A DNA stretch of 38,997 bases from a virus. Shown piece after piece: positions 17,957-25,422 of this stretch (positions are counted from its first letter, which is position 1; every line of letters starts with the position of its first letter). Location: IMG/VR virus record IMGVR_UViG_3300029571_000023, positions 1-38,997 of that record; one strand, written 5' to 3'. A program made the position numbers and the translations under genes. The notes beneath the pieces were generated by a model. That model saw only the letters and a program-made list of their open reading frames with translations, did not search any database and had not been told where the DNA came from.

Positions 17957-18310
17957 ATGGGAATGTTTTTACGAAGGGGACTTCCCAGCAAATTCACGGT
18001 AATTCTGAGCGCCCCTGTTTCTTACAGCAGTACCTATTCCATGTATGCCGTAGTTAACGGCGAAAAACTAACGGATGCTACAGCACTAACGTTTCATGCT
18101 GGAAGTAAAGTTCCGATCACCATATCATATAAGGCACGAAACAGCCACGGCAATGTTATTTTGAATGGTGTAACTGTATCAAACGAAAAAGAAGGTACTT
18201 ACGAATTTGTAGCCACAACAAACACACGCATTTTATTCGAACAAAAGAAAACACATAACGAAAACGGAAATGTTGTGTGGACACCGACCTGCACCATCAC
18301 GGAAAATTGA
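17957..18310 (+). CDS. Hypothetical beta-rich small protein (AT-richer cassette)
   Basis: ATG 17957, 117 aa. Visibly lower GC than the flanks. Confidence 0.45.
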   Translation: MGMFLRRGLPSKFTVILSAPVSYSSTYSMYAVVNGEKLTDATALTFHAGSKVPITISYKARNSHGNVILNGVTVSNEKEGTYEFVATTNTRILFEQKKTHNENGNVVWTPTCTITEN

Positions 18311-18325
18311 TTTAGGGGGCTATTT

Positions 18326-19000
18326 ATGTACATCACACACGACGATCAAACCTACGCGAACGTCCGGGTATACAGCACATCCGGCTCTGTCCGTTTTACA
18401 GGCGATTCTCTTTCGGGGCTTTCGGAGCTTACCGGCGAGATTGCCGTCTTTGCCGACAACGGCTTCCAGATGCAGACCTATACGCCGGGAGACTTTCTGC
18501 GGCAGGAGATTCAGGACGGGAATTGGCTGCTGACGAATACGCCGCTGCCGACCCCGCAGCCAGTCGTTGCAACGCCTGTTGCCTACGATCTGAACATGTC
18601 CACGGCGTTTGCGGTGAAGCTGCTCATGAGCGAGAAAAAGCCCGAGACGGCAGACGAGATTATTAAATGCTCGGCGCTCTGGGACGAGTGGGAGCCCGGA
18701 AAGCACACGGTGGATGAGATCTTCACCGTGGGAGGCGACCCGTGGAAAGTCTACCAGAGCTACGACAACGCCGTCCATCCGGACATCGCGCCGGGAAACG
18801 CTGTGTGGTACACGTTCAATAAGCCACTCCACGGCACGACAAGGGAAACTGCGCGGGAGTTTATTCAGCCGCAGGCGGGTACGGTCGATATCTACCTCGC
18901 CGGCGAGTGGTGCATCTTCGAGGGCAAGGCGTGCAAGGCAAAAAGAGACACCAATTTCAGCCCGAAGGATTATCCGGCGGACTGGGAAGTTGAGGAATAA
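18326..19000 (+). CDS. Tail-associated protein with an aromatic-rich, carbohydrate-binding-like C-terminus
   Basis: 224 aa, SD AGGGGG. The C-terminal W/Y-rich segments (WDEWEPGK..GDPWKVYQSY.., ..GEWCIFEGKACKAK..DYPADWEV) are reminiscent of CBM5/12. Weak call. Confidence 0.35.
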   Translation: MYITHDDQTYANVRVYSTSGSVRFTGDSLSGLSELTGEIAVFADNGFQMQTYTPGDFLRQEIQDGNWLLTNTPLPTPQPVVATPVAYDLNMSTAFAVKLLMSEKKPETADEIIKCSALWDEWEPGKHTVDEIFTVGGDPWKVYQSYDNAVHPDIAPGNAVWYTFNKPLHGTTRETAREFIQPQAGTVDIYLAGEWCIFEGKACKAKRDTNFSPKDYPADWEVEE

Positions 19001-19030
19001 CGGACTGCCAATGGCAGGAAAGGAGCATGC

Positions 19031-19333
19031 ATGAATGAAGTAGAAATGGAGCACAGATTAACGGTTGTGGAGAAGCTGGCCGGAAGCAACAAACACAGGA
19101 TCGACGATCTGGAAGCAGACACGAAGACCTTACAGGAGCTGTCGACCTCCTGCAAGGTCATGGCGGAGCAGCTGGCGGCGATGAACAAGCGGCTCGACAA
19201 GGTGGACGCCGCTGTGACCAACATCCAGAGCGTTCCTGCGGGGCGCTGGGACGCGATTGTAAAAGCCGTGGTTACGGCGCTGGTCGCAGGCTTAGTCGGC
19301 TACGCGCTGGCTCTTGCGGGGCTGGGAGGCTAG
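19031..19333 (+). CDS. XhlA-like lysis-associated membrane protein
   Basis: 100 aa. N-terminal coiled coil plus a single C-terminal TM (WDAIVKAVVTALVAGLVGYALALAGLGG). Heads the lysis cassette. Confidence 0.65.
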   Translation: MNEVEMEHRLTVVEKLAGSNKHRIDDLEADTKTLQELSTSCKVMAEQLAAMNKRLDKVDAAVTNIQSVPAGRWDAIVKAVVTALVAGLVGYALALAGLGG

Positions 19334-19334
19334 T

Positions 19335-19586
19335 ATGGCGGACGGGCAGAAAAAGCCGCAGCGGAAGACAAAGGGGCGCATGGCGCGGGAGCTGGTCTAC
19401 TACTGCATTTATGCCCTGACGCTTACGCTCGCGTGGGCAGTGGTTATCAAGACGGTTGCGGTCATCCTAGACCGCCCGTCCGACCTCTCCGACGTGCTGA
19501 TCTTCGCGGCAGCGGCGTTTGGCGGGGAGCTGCTGCTCCTGCTGTGCAAGAGAGTATTTGCAAAACCGAATGAACCGGTAGAATGA
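19335..19586 (+). CDS. Holin-like protein (2 TM)
   Basis: ATG 19335 after GGGAGG. Basic N-terminus and two hydrophobic helices. Confidence 0.55.
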   Translation: MADGQKKPQRKTKGRMARELVYYCIYALTLTLAWAVVIKTVAVILDRPSDLSDVLIFAAAAFGGELLLLLCKRVFAKPNEPVE

Positions 19587-19597
19587 AAGGGGTACAT

Positions 19598-19825
19598 ATG
19601 GAAAACATCAAAAAGCGGCTGGGCAACCTGCTCAGCGTCAAGAGCCTGGTCACGCTCTCGCTGACCATCGTCTTTGCCGTCCTCGCCCTGCGGGGAGACA
19701 TCACAGGCAAGGACTTCCTGACGATCTTCCTGACAGTAATTACCTTCTATTTCGGCACGCAGTCGCAGAAGGCACAGGACGCGATCGACAACGCGGGTAC
19801 GCCGCAGGAGGGCGAACAGAAATGA
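19598..19825 (+). CDS. Holin (2 TM, charged C-terminus)
   Basis: ATG 19598. TMs SLVTLSLTIVFAVLAL and FLTIFLTVITFYFG. Immediately upstream of the endolysin. Confidence 0.6.
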   Translation: MENIKKRLGNLLSVKSLVTLSLTIVFAVLALRGDITGKDFLTIFLTVITFYFGTQSQKAQDAIDNAGTPQEGEQK

Positions 19826-20514
19826 TGAAAGCATCCGAGCTTGTGCGCAGGCACATTGACGTTGCGAAGAACTACAAGACCGTCTACATGTGGGGCTGCT
19901 TCGGCTCCCCGGTGAGCGAGACAATCATTGACGAGAAATCCGCGCAGTACCCGGACTGGTACACCGGCGGCAGAGTCACATATCTGCGCAGCCTCATCGG
20001 AAAAGTTGTCTATGGCTTTGACTGCGTGAACCTGACAAAGGGCATTCTCTGGGGCTGGAACGGCAACAAAAACGCCTACTACGGCGGCGCAAGATACGCC
20101 TCGAACAGCGTTCCGGATGTCTCCGCCGACGGCATGATTGCAAAGTGCAAGGACGTGTCCGCCACCGGCTGGGACAAGCTGATTCCCGGCGAAGGTCTCT
20201 GGATGCCAGGTCACTGGGGCATGTACATCGGTGACGGTCTGGCGGTCGAATGCACCCCGATCTGGGACAACGGCGTGCAGATTACCGCCGTCCAGAACAT
20301 CGGCACGAAGGCAGGCTACCACGCCCGCAACTGGCAAAAACACGGCAAGCTCCCGTGGGTCGAGTACGACACTGTGAAAATCGACGCCGAGGTTGAAGAA
20401 GCAAAAAAGACCATCCGGCAGAAAGCCGGATTGACCGACGGCACGATTGATTATCTCGCCGCCTATAAGTACGGCGACGATCTTCTCAAAAAGCTTGCAA
20501 AAGCGATGAAATAA
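19822..20514 (+). CDS. Endolysin, NlpC/P60-like cysteine peptidase
   Basis: YGFDCVNLTKGILWG (catalytic Cys context) and PGHWGMYIGDGLAVE (His context). Follows the holins. Confidence 0.65.
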   Translation: MMKASELVRRHIDVAKNYKTVYMWGCFGSPVSETIIDEKSAQYPDWYTGGRVTYLRSLIGKVVYGFDCVNLTKGILWGWNGNKNAYYGGARYASNSVPDVSADGMIAKCKDVSATGWDKLIPGEGLWMPGHWGMYIGDGLAVECTPIWDNGVQITAVQNIGTKAGYHARNWQKHGKLPWVEYDTVKIDAEVEEAKKTIRQKAGLTDGTIDYLAAYKYGDDLLKKLAKAMK

Positions 20515-20550
20515 ACTGCCTGCCGCGCTCTGCCGGAAGGAGGGACGCCT

Positions 20551-20799
20551 TTGGCGAGCGCGAGAGTCAATATACCCGAAGATCTGTCCGGTTTGCTGCA
20601 CAGCGAGTGGGAGCGCGTCATAGAGGAAACCGGATACAGCCGAGAGGACGCCGAGATCGTGCGCCGCTACATCGTGGGGAAACTCCCACAGATCGACGTC
20701 GCCGTCGAGCTGTGCATGGAGCGCAGCACACTGTCAAGGCGCCTGCCCGGAATTTATAGCAGAGCGCGGCAGACAGCACGGAAACTGCATATGATATGA
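20551..20799 (+). CDS. Small sigma-r4/LuxR-like HTH protein
   Basis: TTG start 6 nt after AGGAGGG. ..IVRRYIVGKLPQIDVAVELCMERSTLSRRLPGIYSRARQ.. is HTH-like. Confidence 0.45.
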   Translation: MASARVNIPEDLSGLLHSEWERVIEETGYSREDAEIVRRYIVGKLPQIDVAVELCMERSTLSRRLPGIYSRARQTARKLHMI

Positions 20800-20803
20800 G
20801 ATT

Positions 20804-20830
20804 CCCCGGTGTCAAAGTCTGACACCGGGG
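20804..20830 (+). terminator. Rho-independent terminator ending the late/lysis operon
   Basis: CCCCGGTGTCA-AAGTC-TGACACCGGGG (11-bp stem) followed by a T-rich tail. Confidence 0.75.
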
Positions 20831-20903
20831 GTGCATTTCTTAAAAACTCTTCCAATCAGCAACGTTAACAATTGTGAATTTATACAAAAACAACTTCAAA
20901 AGG

Positions 20904-20932
20904 TTGACAAATCGGAGAACTGCGCATAATAT
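20904..20932 (+). promoter_or_regulatory. Near-consensus sigma-70 promoter TTGACA-17 nt-TAATAT
   Basis: Read directly in an AT-rich gap, 120 nt upstream of the NYN gene. Confidence 0.7.
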
Positions 20933-20980
20933 GAAAGCACAACGATAGTAACAAGTCTACGTCTGTTGTGCTATTAACAG

Positions 20981-21031
20981 GCCCCCGGTAATAAGCGCCC
21001 CACTCATAAGGGGTTCGCTGAAACCGGGGGC
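20981..21031 (+). promoter_or_regulatory. Structured 5' leader hairpin of the NYN gene
   Basis: Outer stem GCCCCCGGT/ACCGGGGGC, inner stem GCG-CCCC/GGGG-tt-CGC, ending 10 nt before the SD. A further stem GCACAAC/GTTGTGC (20937-20971) sits at about the TSS. Confidence 0.45.
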
Positions 21032-21052
21032 TTCATCATTATGGAGGAAAGT

Positions 21053-21733
21053 ATGGTGCGAAAGACTGCAATTCTGGTAGATGGTGCGTTTTACAGAAAG
21101 CGCGCAGCGTTTCTTCGGGGTGCAAAGACTCCTGAAGAACGTGCAAAAGAACTGTATGCTTACTGCATGGCGCATATCCGAGATGAAGGGGCGCACGCAG
21201 ACTACCACGAAGAGCGCGAACTTTACCGCATTTTTTATTATGACTGCCCTCCGCTCAAGAAGACCGTTTATCACCCTGCCCTGAAACGCAACATAGATTT
21301 TGGGAAATCGGATACATATTCGTGGGCAAATGCATTTTTTGAAGAATTGAAAAAGAAACGCAAGGTTGCGCTCCGAATGGGGGCGTTGTCCGATGCGAAT
21401 GCACACTTTTCCCTTAAACCTGATGCAACAAAAGCAATCTGCCAAGGGAAGCGAAATGTTTCTGACTTGACCGAGAATGACTTTTCTATTTCGTTCAATC
21501 AGAAAGGTGTCGATATGCGTATCGGCTTAGACATAGCTTCGTTGGCATACAAAAAACAGGTGGATCAGATCATCCTCATCGCTGGCGACAGCGATTTTGT
21601 GCCAGCTGCAAAGCTTGCAAGAAGAGAAGGCATTGATTTTATCCTTGATCCAATGGAGGCGACGATTCGTGACGATCTCTTTGAGCATATTGATGGGCTG
21701 AAATCTCTTTGGAAAAAGCAGCCAAGTAAATAA
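21053..21733 (+). CDS. NYN-domain (LabA/PIN-like) putative ribonuclease
   Basis: AILVDGAFY.. at the N-terminus and ..NQKGVDMRIGLDIASLAYKKQVDQIILIAGDSDFVPAAKLARREGIDFIL match NYN hallmarks (D..., KGVD, SGDSDF). Confidence 0.75.
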   Translation: MVRKTAILVDGAFYRKRAAFLRGAKTPEERAKELYAYCMAHIRDEGAHADYHEERELYRIFYYDCPPLKKTVYHPALKRNIDFGKSDTYSWANAFFEELKKKRKVALRMGALSDANAHFSLKPDATKAICQGKRNVSDLTENDFSISFNQKGVDMRIGLDIASLAYKKQVDQIILIAGDSDFVPAAKLARREGIDFILDPMEATIRDDLFEHIDGLKSLWKKQPSK

Positions 21734-21748
21734 CCTTTTTCTTTTTAT

Positions 21749-21774
21749 CCCCGGTGTCAGAGACGGCACCGGGG
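21749..21774 (+). terminator. Terminator after the NYN gene, near-duplicate of the 20804 hairpin
   Basis: CCCCGGTG-tcagagacgg-CACCGGGG followed by CTTTTCGTATTT. Confidence 0.7.
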
Positions 21775-21870
21775 CTTTTCGTATTTCACGCAACTTCACA
21801 TTCCCGCACACTTGCGCCACCCTTAAAAATCTGCGCTCCGGTACAATGGGAGCATAAGGAGGGACACAGG

Positions 21871-22341
21871 ATGGCATACAACCCATACACCGGGCGCTGG
21901 GAGATGGACGGCGCGCAGCAGGTGCAGATGCAGCCCATGCCGCGGGCGCAGGTGCCGCAAATGCCGCAGCAGCCGCCGAAACTCGGCGTGCTGACCGTGG
22001 CCAGCGAGGCCAGTATCAACAATTTGCAGATGCAGCCAAACGACAACGCGCTCGCGCTGCATGAGACGGAAAATCTGCTCTATTACATCCGCACCGACAG
22101 CATGGCGGCAAAGACCATTGCGCGGTTCCGGATATTCCCGGAGCCGACGGAAGAGGAAAAGGCAGCGACCCAGCTGCAAGAGCAGCTGAAGCAGATCACG
22201 GACGGCCTACAGAGCATGGCCGGGAAAATCGAGGAATTGGAGGGAAAACTCAATGCAAAATCCGATCATGGCACTGATGGGCGGCGGCAGCGGAAACAAA
22301 CTGCTGAACGGCCTGATGCAGACGGCAATGACGACGCTTAA
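21871..22341 (+). CDS. Q/P/M-rich N-terminus + beta-rich core + coiled-coil protein (unknown function)
   Basis: ATG after AAGGAGGG. MAYNPYTGRWEMDGAQQVQMQPMPRAQVPQMPQQPP..LTVASEASINNLQMQPNDNALALHETENLLYYIRTD... The last ~30 aa overlap the next ORF. Confidence 0.5.
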   Translation: MAYNPYTGRWEMDGAQQVQMQPMPRAQVPQMPQQPPKLGVLTVASEASINNLQMQPNDNALALHETENLLYYIRTDSMAAKTIARFRIFPEPTEEEKAATQLQEQLKQITDGLQSMAGKIEELEGKLNAKSDHGTDGRRQRKQTAERPDADGNDDA

Positions 22342-22459
22342 AGGCCAGAGTCCCCAGATGGTGCTTAGCTTCCTCGCCTCCCAGCCTGGGTTTAATGACT
22401 GGTTTGAGGCAAACAAAGACAAAACGGTCGGCGAGCTCGTCGGCCAGATCAGCAAGTGA
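22253..22459 (+). CDS. Small helical protein (unknown function)
   Basis: 68 aa. ATG 7 nt after GGAGGG. Overlaps the previous ORF by 89 nt in the +1 frame. Confidence 0.45.
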   Translation: MQNPIMALMGGGSGNKLLNGLMQTAMTTLKGQSPQMVLSFLASQPGFNDWFEANKDKTVGELVGQISK

Positions 22460-22509
22460 TACCGCGCGTAAGCGCCTATCAATAATCTAGCCCGAAAGGA
22501 GGGAATACA

Positions 22510-23073
22510 ATGGATAAGGACTATGGCTTCGGCGGATGGGGTATTGTGATTCTCATTGCGCTGTTCTTCCTGCTCTTCGCGGGCAGAGGCTTCGGCGGCA
22601 GCAGCGGCGAGAGTGCCCCGGCGACGCAGGCCGACGTACAGCGTGCAACGGACTTTGCGGCTCTGGAGCGCCAGAACAACGAGGGCGTGGCCGCAACGCG
22701 TCAGGGCGCGTACGACGTCACAAGCGCCGTCAAGGACAACGCCTACAACATCCTCGGCGAGCTGCGCGACTTGCAGTCCGTCACGGAGAGCGGCATCTCT
22801 GTGCAGCAGAAGTGCTGCTGCGACATTCTCCGCGCGATCGACGGAGTTAATTACTCCGCCAGCATCAACGCTTGCGAGATCAAGACGGCTATCCACGCCG
22901 AGGGCGAGGCGACCAGAACGCTCCTGCAGCAGCAGGAGAACCAGCGCCTGCGCGACGAACTCGCACAGAGCCGCGCCGCGAACAACGACTATATGCAGTC
23001 GCAGTACATCCTCGGCCAGCTGGGCAGGTACTACCAGAACCCGCCCTGTAATCCGTGCGGCTGCGGCGGCTGA
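22510..23073 (+). CDS. N-terminally membrane-anchored coiled-coil protein with CCC and CNPCGCGG motifs
   Basis: 187 aa, SD AAAGGAGGG. TM WGIVILIALFFLLFAG, then a Q/N/A-rich helical region, QQKCCCDILRAI, and the C-terminus NPPCNPCGCGG. Confidence 0.6.
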   Translation: MDKDYGFGGWGIVILIALFFLLFAGRGFGGSSGESAPATQADVQRATDFAALERQNNEGVAATRQGAYDVTSAVKDNAYNILGELRDLQSVTESGISVQQKCCCDILRAIDGVNYSASINACEIKTAIHAEGEATRTLLQQQENQRLRDELAQSRAANNDYMQSQYILGQLGRYYQNPPCNPCGCGG

Positions 23074-23101
23074 CGGACGGACCAAACCTGATATAACTAT
23101 C

Positions 23102-23122
23102 CGGGGCGATTGCCCCGTTTTT
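23102..23122 (+). terminator. Short intra-operon terminator/attenuator
   Basis: CGGGGC-GATT-GCCCCG followed by T5. Confidence 0.6.
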
Positions 23123-23147
23123 CATAATTTTGAAAGGAGACGAGTAA

Positions 23148-23600
23148 ATGTCTTGTAGCGGAAACAGCAAATCCTATCAGAAATCCTGCGTCCGGTATTT
23201 TAATAACAGCCCGCAGACGCTTGCAGCAAACGCTGCGACAGTGCTCACGCTTGCGGGCGCGAAGGTTGTCAACTCCGGCGAGTCCATTCAGGTCGAGCCT
23301 CAGAGCTACGACACCGTAAAAATTGGGCTCTATCACCTAGTAGCCGATGCGGTCATTACGTCGTCCGCGGCTGGCGAGCTCACCTTGCAGTGGTACATGG
23401 ACGGCGTCGCGCTGCCCTGCACGCTGCGCAAGGTAACGCTTCCGGCAACCGGAAACACCGAGATCCACACGGAGACGGAACTGGCGCTGCCCGGGTGCTG
23501 CTGCTGCGTGAACCACACCTTTACCCTCATTGCGACGACCGACTCGACGGCAGCGGGCAATGTGGTCGAGCTCTGCACCGGCCTGCTCAAACTCGCGTAG
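23148..23600 (+). CDS. Cys-rich beta-rich protein (possible TNF/C1q-like jelly roll, BclA-C/DUF3992-like)
   Basis: 150 aa, SD AAAGGAG. N-terminus MSCSGNSKSYQKSC, internal GCCCC, alternating beta pattern (LYHLVADAVITSSAAGELTLQWYMDGVALP..). The fold call is speculative. Confidence 0.5.
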   Translation: MSCSGNSKSYQKSCVRYFNNSPQTLAANAATVLTLAGAKVVNSGESIQVEPQSYDTVKIGLYHLVADAVITSSAAGELTLQWYMDGVALPCTLRKVTLPATGNTEIHTETELALPGCCCCVNHTFTLIATTDSTAAGNVVELCTGLLKLA

Positions 23601-23603
23601 CCT

Positions 23604-24077
23604 ATGACGGACAAGATCAAAGCCTATAAGGCAAAGCTCTGCGAGGCGCTTGAGGCGTGTATGGCGGAGCCCGTGAGCTCCCGAAGCGTTGGCAGCTGCA
23701 CCATGCTCATGGACGCGCTGTGCAAGGCGGATAAGATCACGATGGAGTCCGAAGCCTCCACGTTTACCGAGGACGACGCGCGGCGCTGGGTGCAGCATAT
23801 GAAAAACGCCGACGGCTCGACCGGACCGCATTGGACGCAGGAGCAGACCGCAGCCGTCGCTGGAAGCGTCGGCGTGCATGATGTTGATCCCTGGGCATGG
23901 TACGCCGCGATGAACATGATGTACTCGGATTACTGGGAGTCCGCGATGCGCTACGGCGTCGACCGCCCGGAGTACTACGCAGATCTCGCCAAAGAGTTTC
24001 TTTTTGATAAGGACGCGGGCAGTCCGGAGCAGAAGATCGCGGCTTACTACCATAGCATAGCGGCACCTCAAATTTAG
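23604..24077 (+). CDS. Helical Cys-containing protein with a W..HM.N.DGS.GPHWT.EQT motif (unknown function)
   Basis: 157 aa ORF starting 3 nt after the upstream stop. No clear SD. Confidence 0.45.
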   Translation: MTDKIKAYKAKLCEALEACMAEPVSSRSVGSCTMLMDALCKADKITMESEASTFTEDDARRWVQHMKNADGSTGPHWTQEQTAAVAGSVGVHDVDPWAWYAAMNMMYSDYWESAMRYGVDRPEYYADLAKEFLFDKDAGSPEQKIAAYYHSIAAPQI

Positions 24078-24084
24078 CGCGGAC

Positions 24085-24103
24085 GAACACAGTTTGAACA
24101 CAG
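24085..24103 (+). repeat. 2 x GAACACAG direct repeats (11-nt period), candidate arm-type Int sites
   Basis: 24085-24092 and 24096-24103. The same octamer recurs at 24327-24334 and, as 7/8, at 24339-24345. Confidence 0.45.
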
Positions 24104-24143
24104 AAATCTTTTTCGGTGTTGCAATACAAGAACTATTATAGGC

Positions 24144-24166
24144 TTCGAATCTCTCCTTCCGCGCCA
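24144..24166 (+). mobile_element. Candidate attP core: tRNA 3'-end-like segment (T-loop to CCA)
   Basis: TTCGAAT-CTCTC-CTTCCGC-G-CCA parses as T-loop, T-stem 3' strand, acceptor 3' strand, discriminator and CCA. No matching 5' half lies upstream. It is 180 nt from the int 3' end. Confidence 0.5.
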
Positions 24167-24170
24167 GAAT

Positions 24171-24209
24171 AAAAGCGTCTGAGAAAATGATTCTCAGACG
24201 CTTTTATTT
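24171..24209 (+). terminator. Strong rho-independent terminator just after the tRNA-like core
   Basis: AAAAGCGTCTGAGA-aaatgatt-CTCAGACGCTTTT followed by ATTTG. Confidence 0.8.
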
Positions 24210-24326
24210 GTTTGTTCTGAAAGTTTAAAGGATGAACGCGGAACTTTATGCGAAAAATGTTCCGGCTTCACATGCAAGATGGGATAGCAAAGAATAGCGG
24301 ATTTTAGCATCAAAACACACATGTGT

Positions 24327-24345
24327 GAACACAGAAAAAACACAG
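24327..24345 (+). repeat. GAACACAG + AACACAG direct repeats (12-nt period), second arm-type cluster
   Basis: Read directly. Abuts the integrase stop codon. Confidence 0.45.
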
Positions 24346-25368
24346 TCAGAATTTGCTATCCATCTTTGCTGCTGCAACCTCGATGGTATTGTCAAGCACG
24401 TCGGTATAAATGTCCATCGTGGTCGAAAGCTGCGCGTGACCGAGGAGCGTCTGGGCGGTTTTATAATCCACGCCCGCGTCGTGCAGCGCGGTCGCGTAAC
24501 CGTGCCGGATCTCATGCGGTGTGACCGTAACGCCGCTCTCGGTCTGGTAGGCGGCGTACAATCTTGTGACGCGATGGTTCATCAGTGGGGTTTCGCCGCC
24601 ATCATCAGAAAAAATATACCCATGCTTTTTGTCGGGCAGGACAGCAGCCAGAGCCGATAAAAGCGGTATGACGCGGTTGCCTGCCTCTGTTTTCGGACTT
24701 TTGATATACGGTCGTGCGCCGATGTAATAGGCGGACTTATTGATTCGAACCTTCTTTGCTTTGCGGTCGATATCCTCATAGCGCAGCGCAAGCGCTTCGC
24801 CGCGCCGGCAGCCGGTGTAATAGATCAGATACGCAAAAAGCCCGAACGGCTTATCAAGGCTGTTTTTGATCAACTGGATCTGTTCTGCTTTGGGTGCGCG
24901 GCGCTTTTTCTGCGGCAGGTTCTTCGGCAGCAGGACCGCCTCCGCCGGATTGTACATGATGTAGCCCTCGCGCTGGGCTTTGTTTAAGATCTGGCGGATG
25001 ATCTGCCGCTGCGTGGCGACGGTCTTTTTGGCATACGTTTTTGCAAAGCGGTTGATGTACTTTTCCACATCCTTCGCCGTGATCGACGAAACGTCTTCTT
25101 TGCCGAATTCCGCAACTGCCCGGCTGTAGGCTGGCTTGTAATTCTTCTGGCTGTTGTTCGCAAGTGTTGGTTCGATCTCGTTCCACCAGGCGTGCGCTAC
25201 GTTCTCAAAGGTCTCCGTCTTCCCGGATGCGAGATCGGCGCGATAGCTTTTGACTTTCTCCCAGACCTCGCGGTCAGTCTTCCCCCGGAAGGCCTTGCGT
25301 TTGCCGTTAATTTTGATAATCGTTTCATGCAGCCCGTCAGGGCGAACGTAATATTTCGGGATTGCCAT
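24346..25368 (-). CDS. int: Tyrosine integrase
   Basis: ATG 25368 after GGAGG (the track start 25404 lacks an SD). C-terminus ..TPHEIRHGYATALHDAGVDYKTAQTLLGHAQLSTTMDIYTDV carries the R..HxxR..Y signature. Confidence 0.9.
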   Translation of the reverse strand: MAIPKYYVRPDGLHETIIKINGKRKAFRGKTDREVWEKVKSYRADLASGKTETFENVAHAWWNEIEPTLANNSQKNYKPAYSRAVAEFGKEDVSSITAKDVEKYINRFAKTYAKKTVATQRQIIRQILNKAQREGYIMYNPAEAVLLPKNLPQKKRRAPKAEQIQLIKNSLDKPFGLFAYLIYYTGCRRGEALALRYEDIDRKAKKVRINKSAYYIGARPYIKSPKTEAGNRVIPLLSALAAVLPDKKHGYIFSDDGGETPLMNHRVTRLYAAYQTESGVTVTPHEIRHGYATALHDAGVDYKTAQTLLGHAQLSTTMDIYTDVLDNTIEVAAAKMDSKF

Positions 25369-25385
25369 AAAAAACCTCCAAAGAT

Positions 25386-25421
25386 GCCGCTCCGGTTTCT
25401 CCAACCGGGGCGGCTTTTTTT
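25386..25421. terminator. Hairpin terminator between the regulator and int (T7 run on the plus strand)
   Basis: GCCGCTCCGG-tttctccaa-CCGGGGCGGC followed by TTTTTTT. Confidence 0.55.
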
Positions 25422-25422
25422 G

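Noticed and set aside
15966-19000. Diversity-generating retroelement (TR/VR pair) in the tail-fibre region
   Set aside because: There is no reverse transcriptase anywhere in the genome. The shared motifs are protein-level paralogy, not a near-identical A-mutated DNA repeat pair.
21754-21870. Upstream extension of the 195-aa ORF (start at 21754)
   Set aside because: The extension covers the terminator hairpin and has no SD. The ATG at 21871 follows AAGGAGGG.
24100-24170. A complete tRNA gene
   Set aside because: Only the T-loop-to-CCA portion is present. The upstream sequence cannot form the T-stem 5' strand, anticodon arm or acceptor 5' strand. It is interpreted as an att core fragment.
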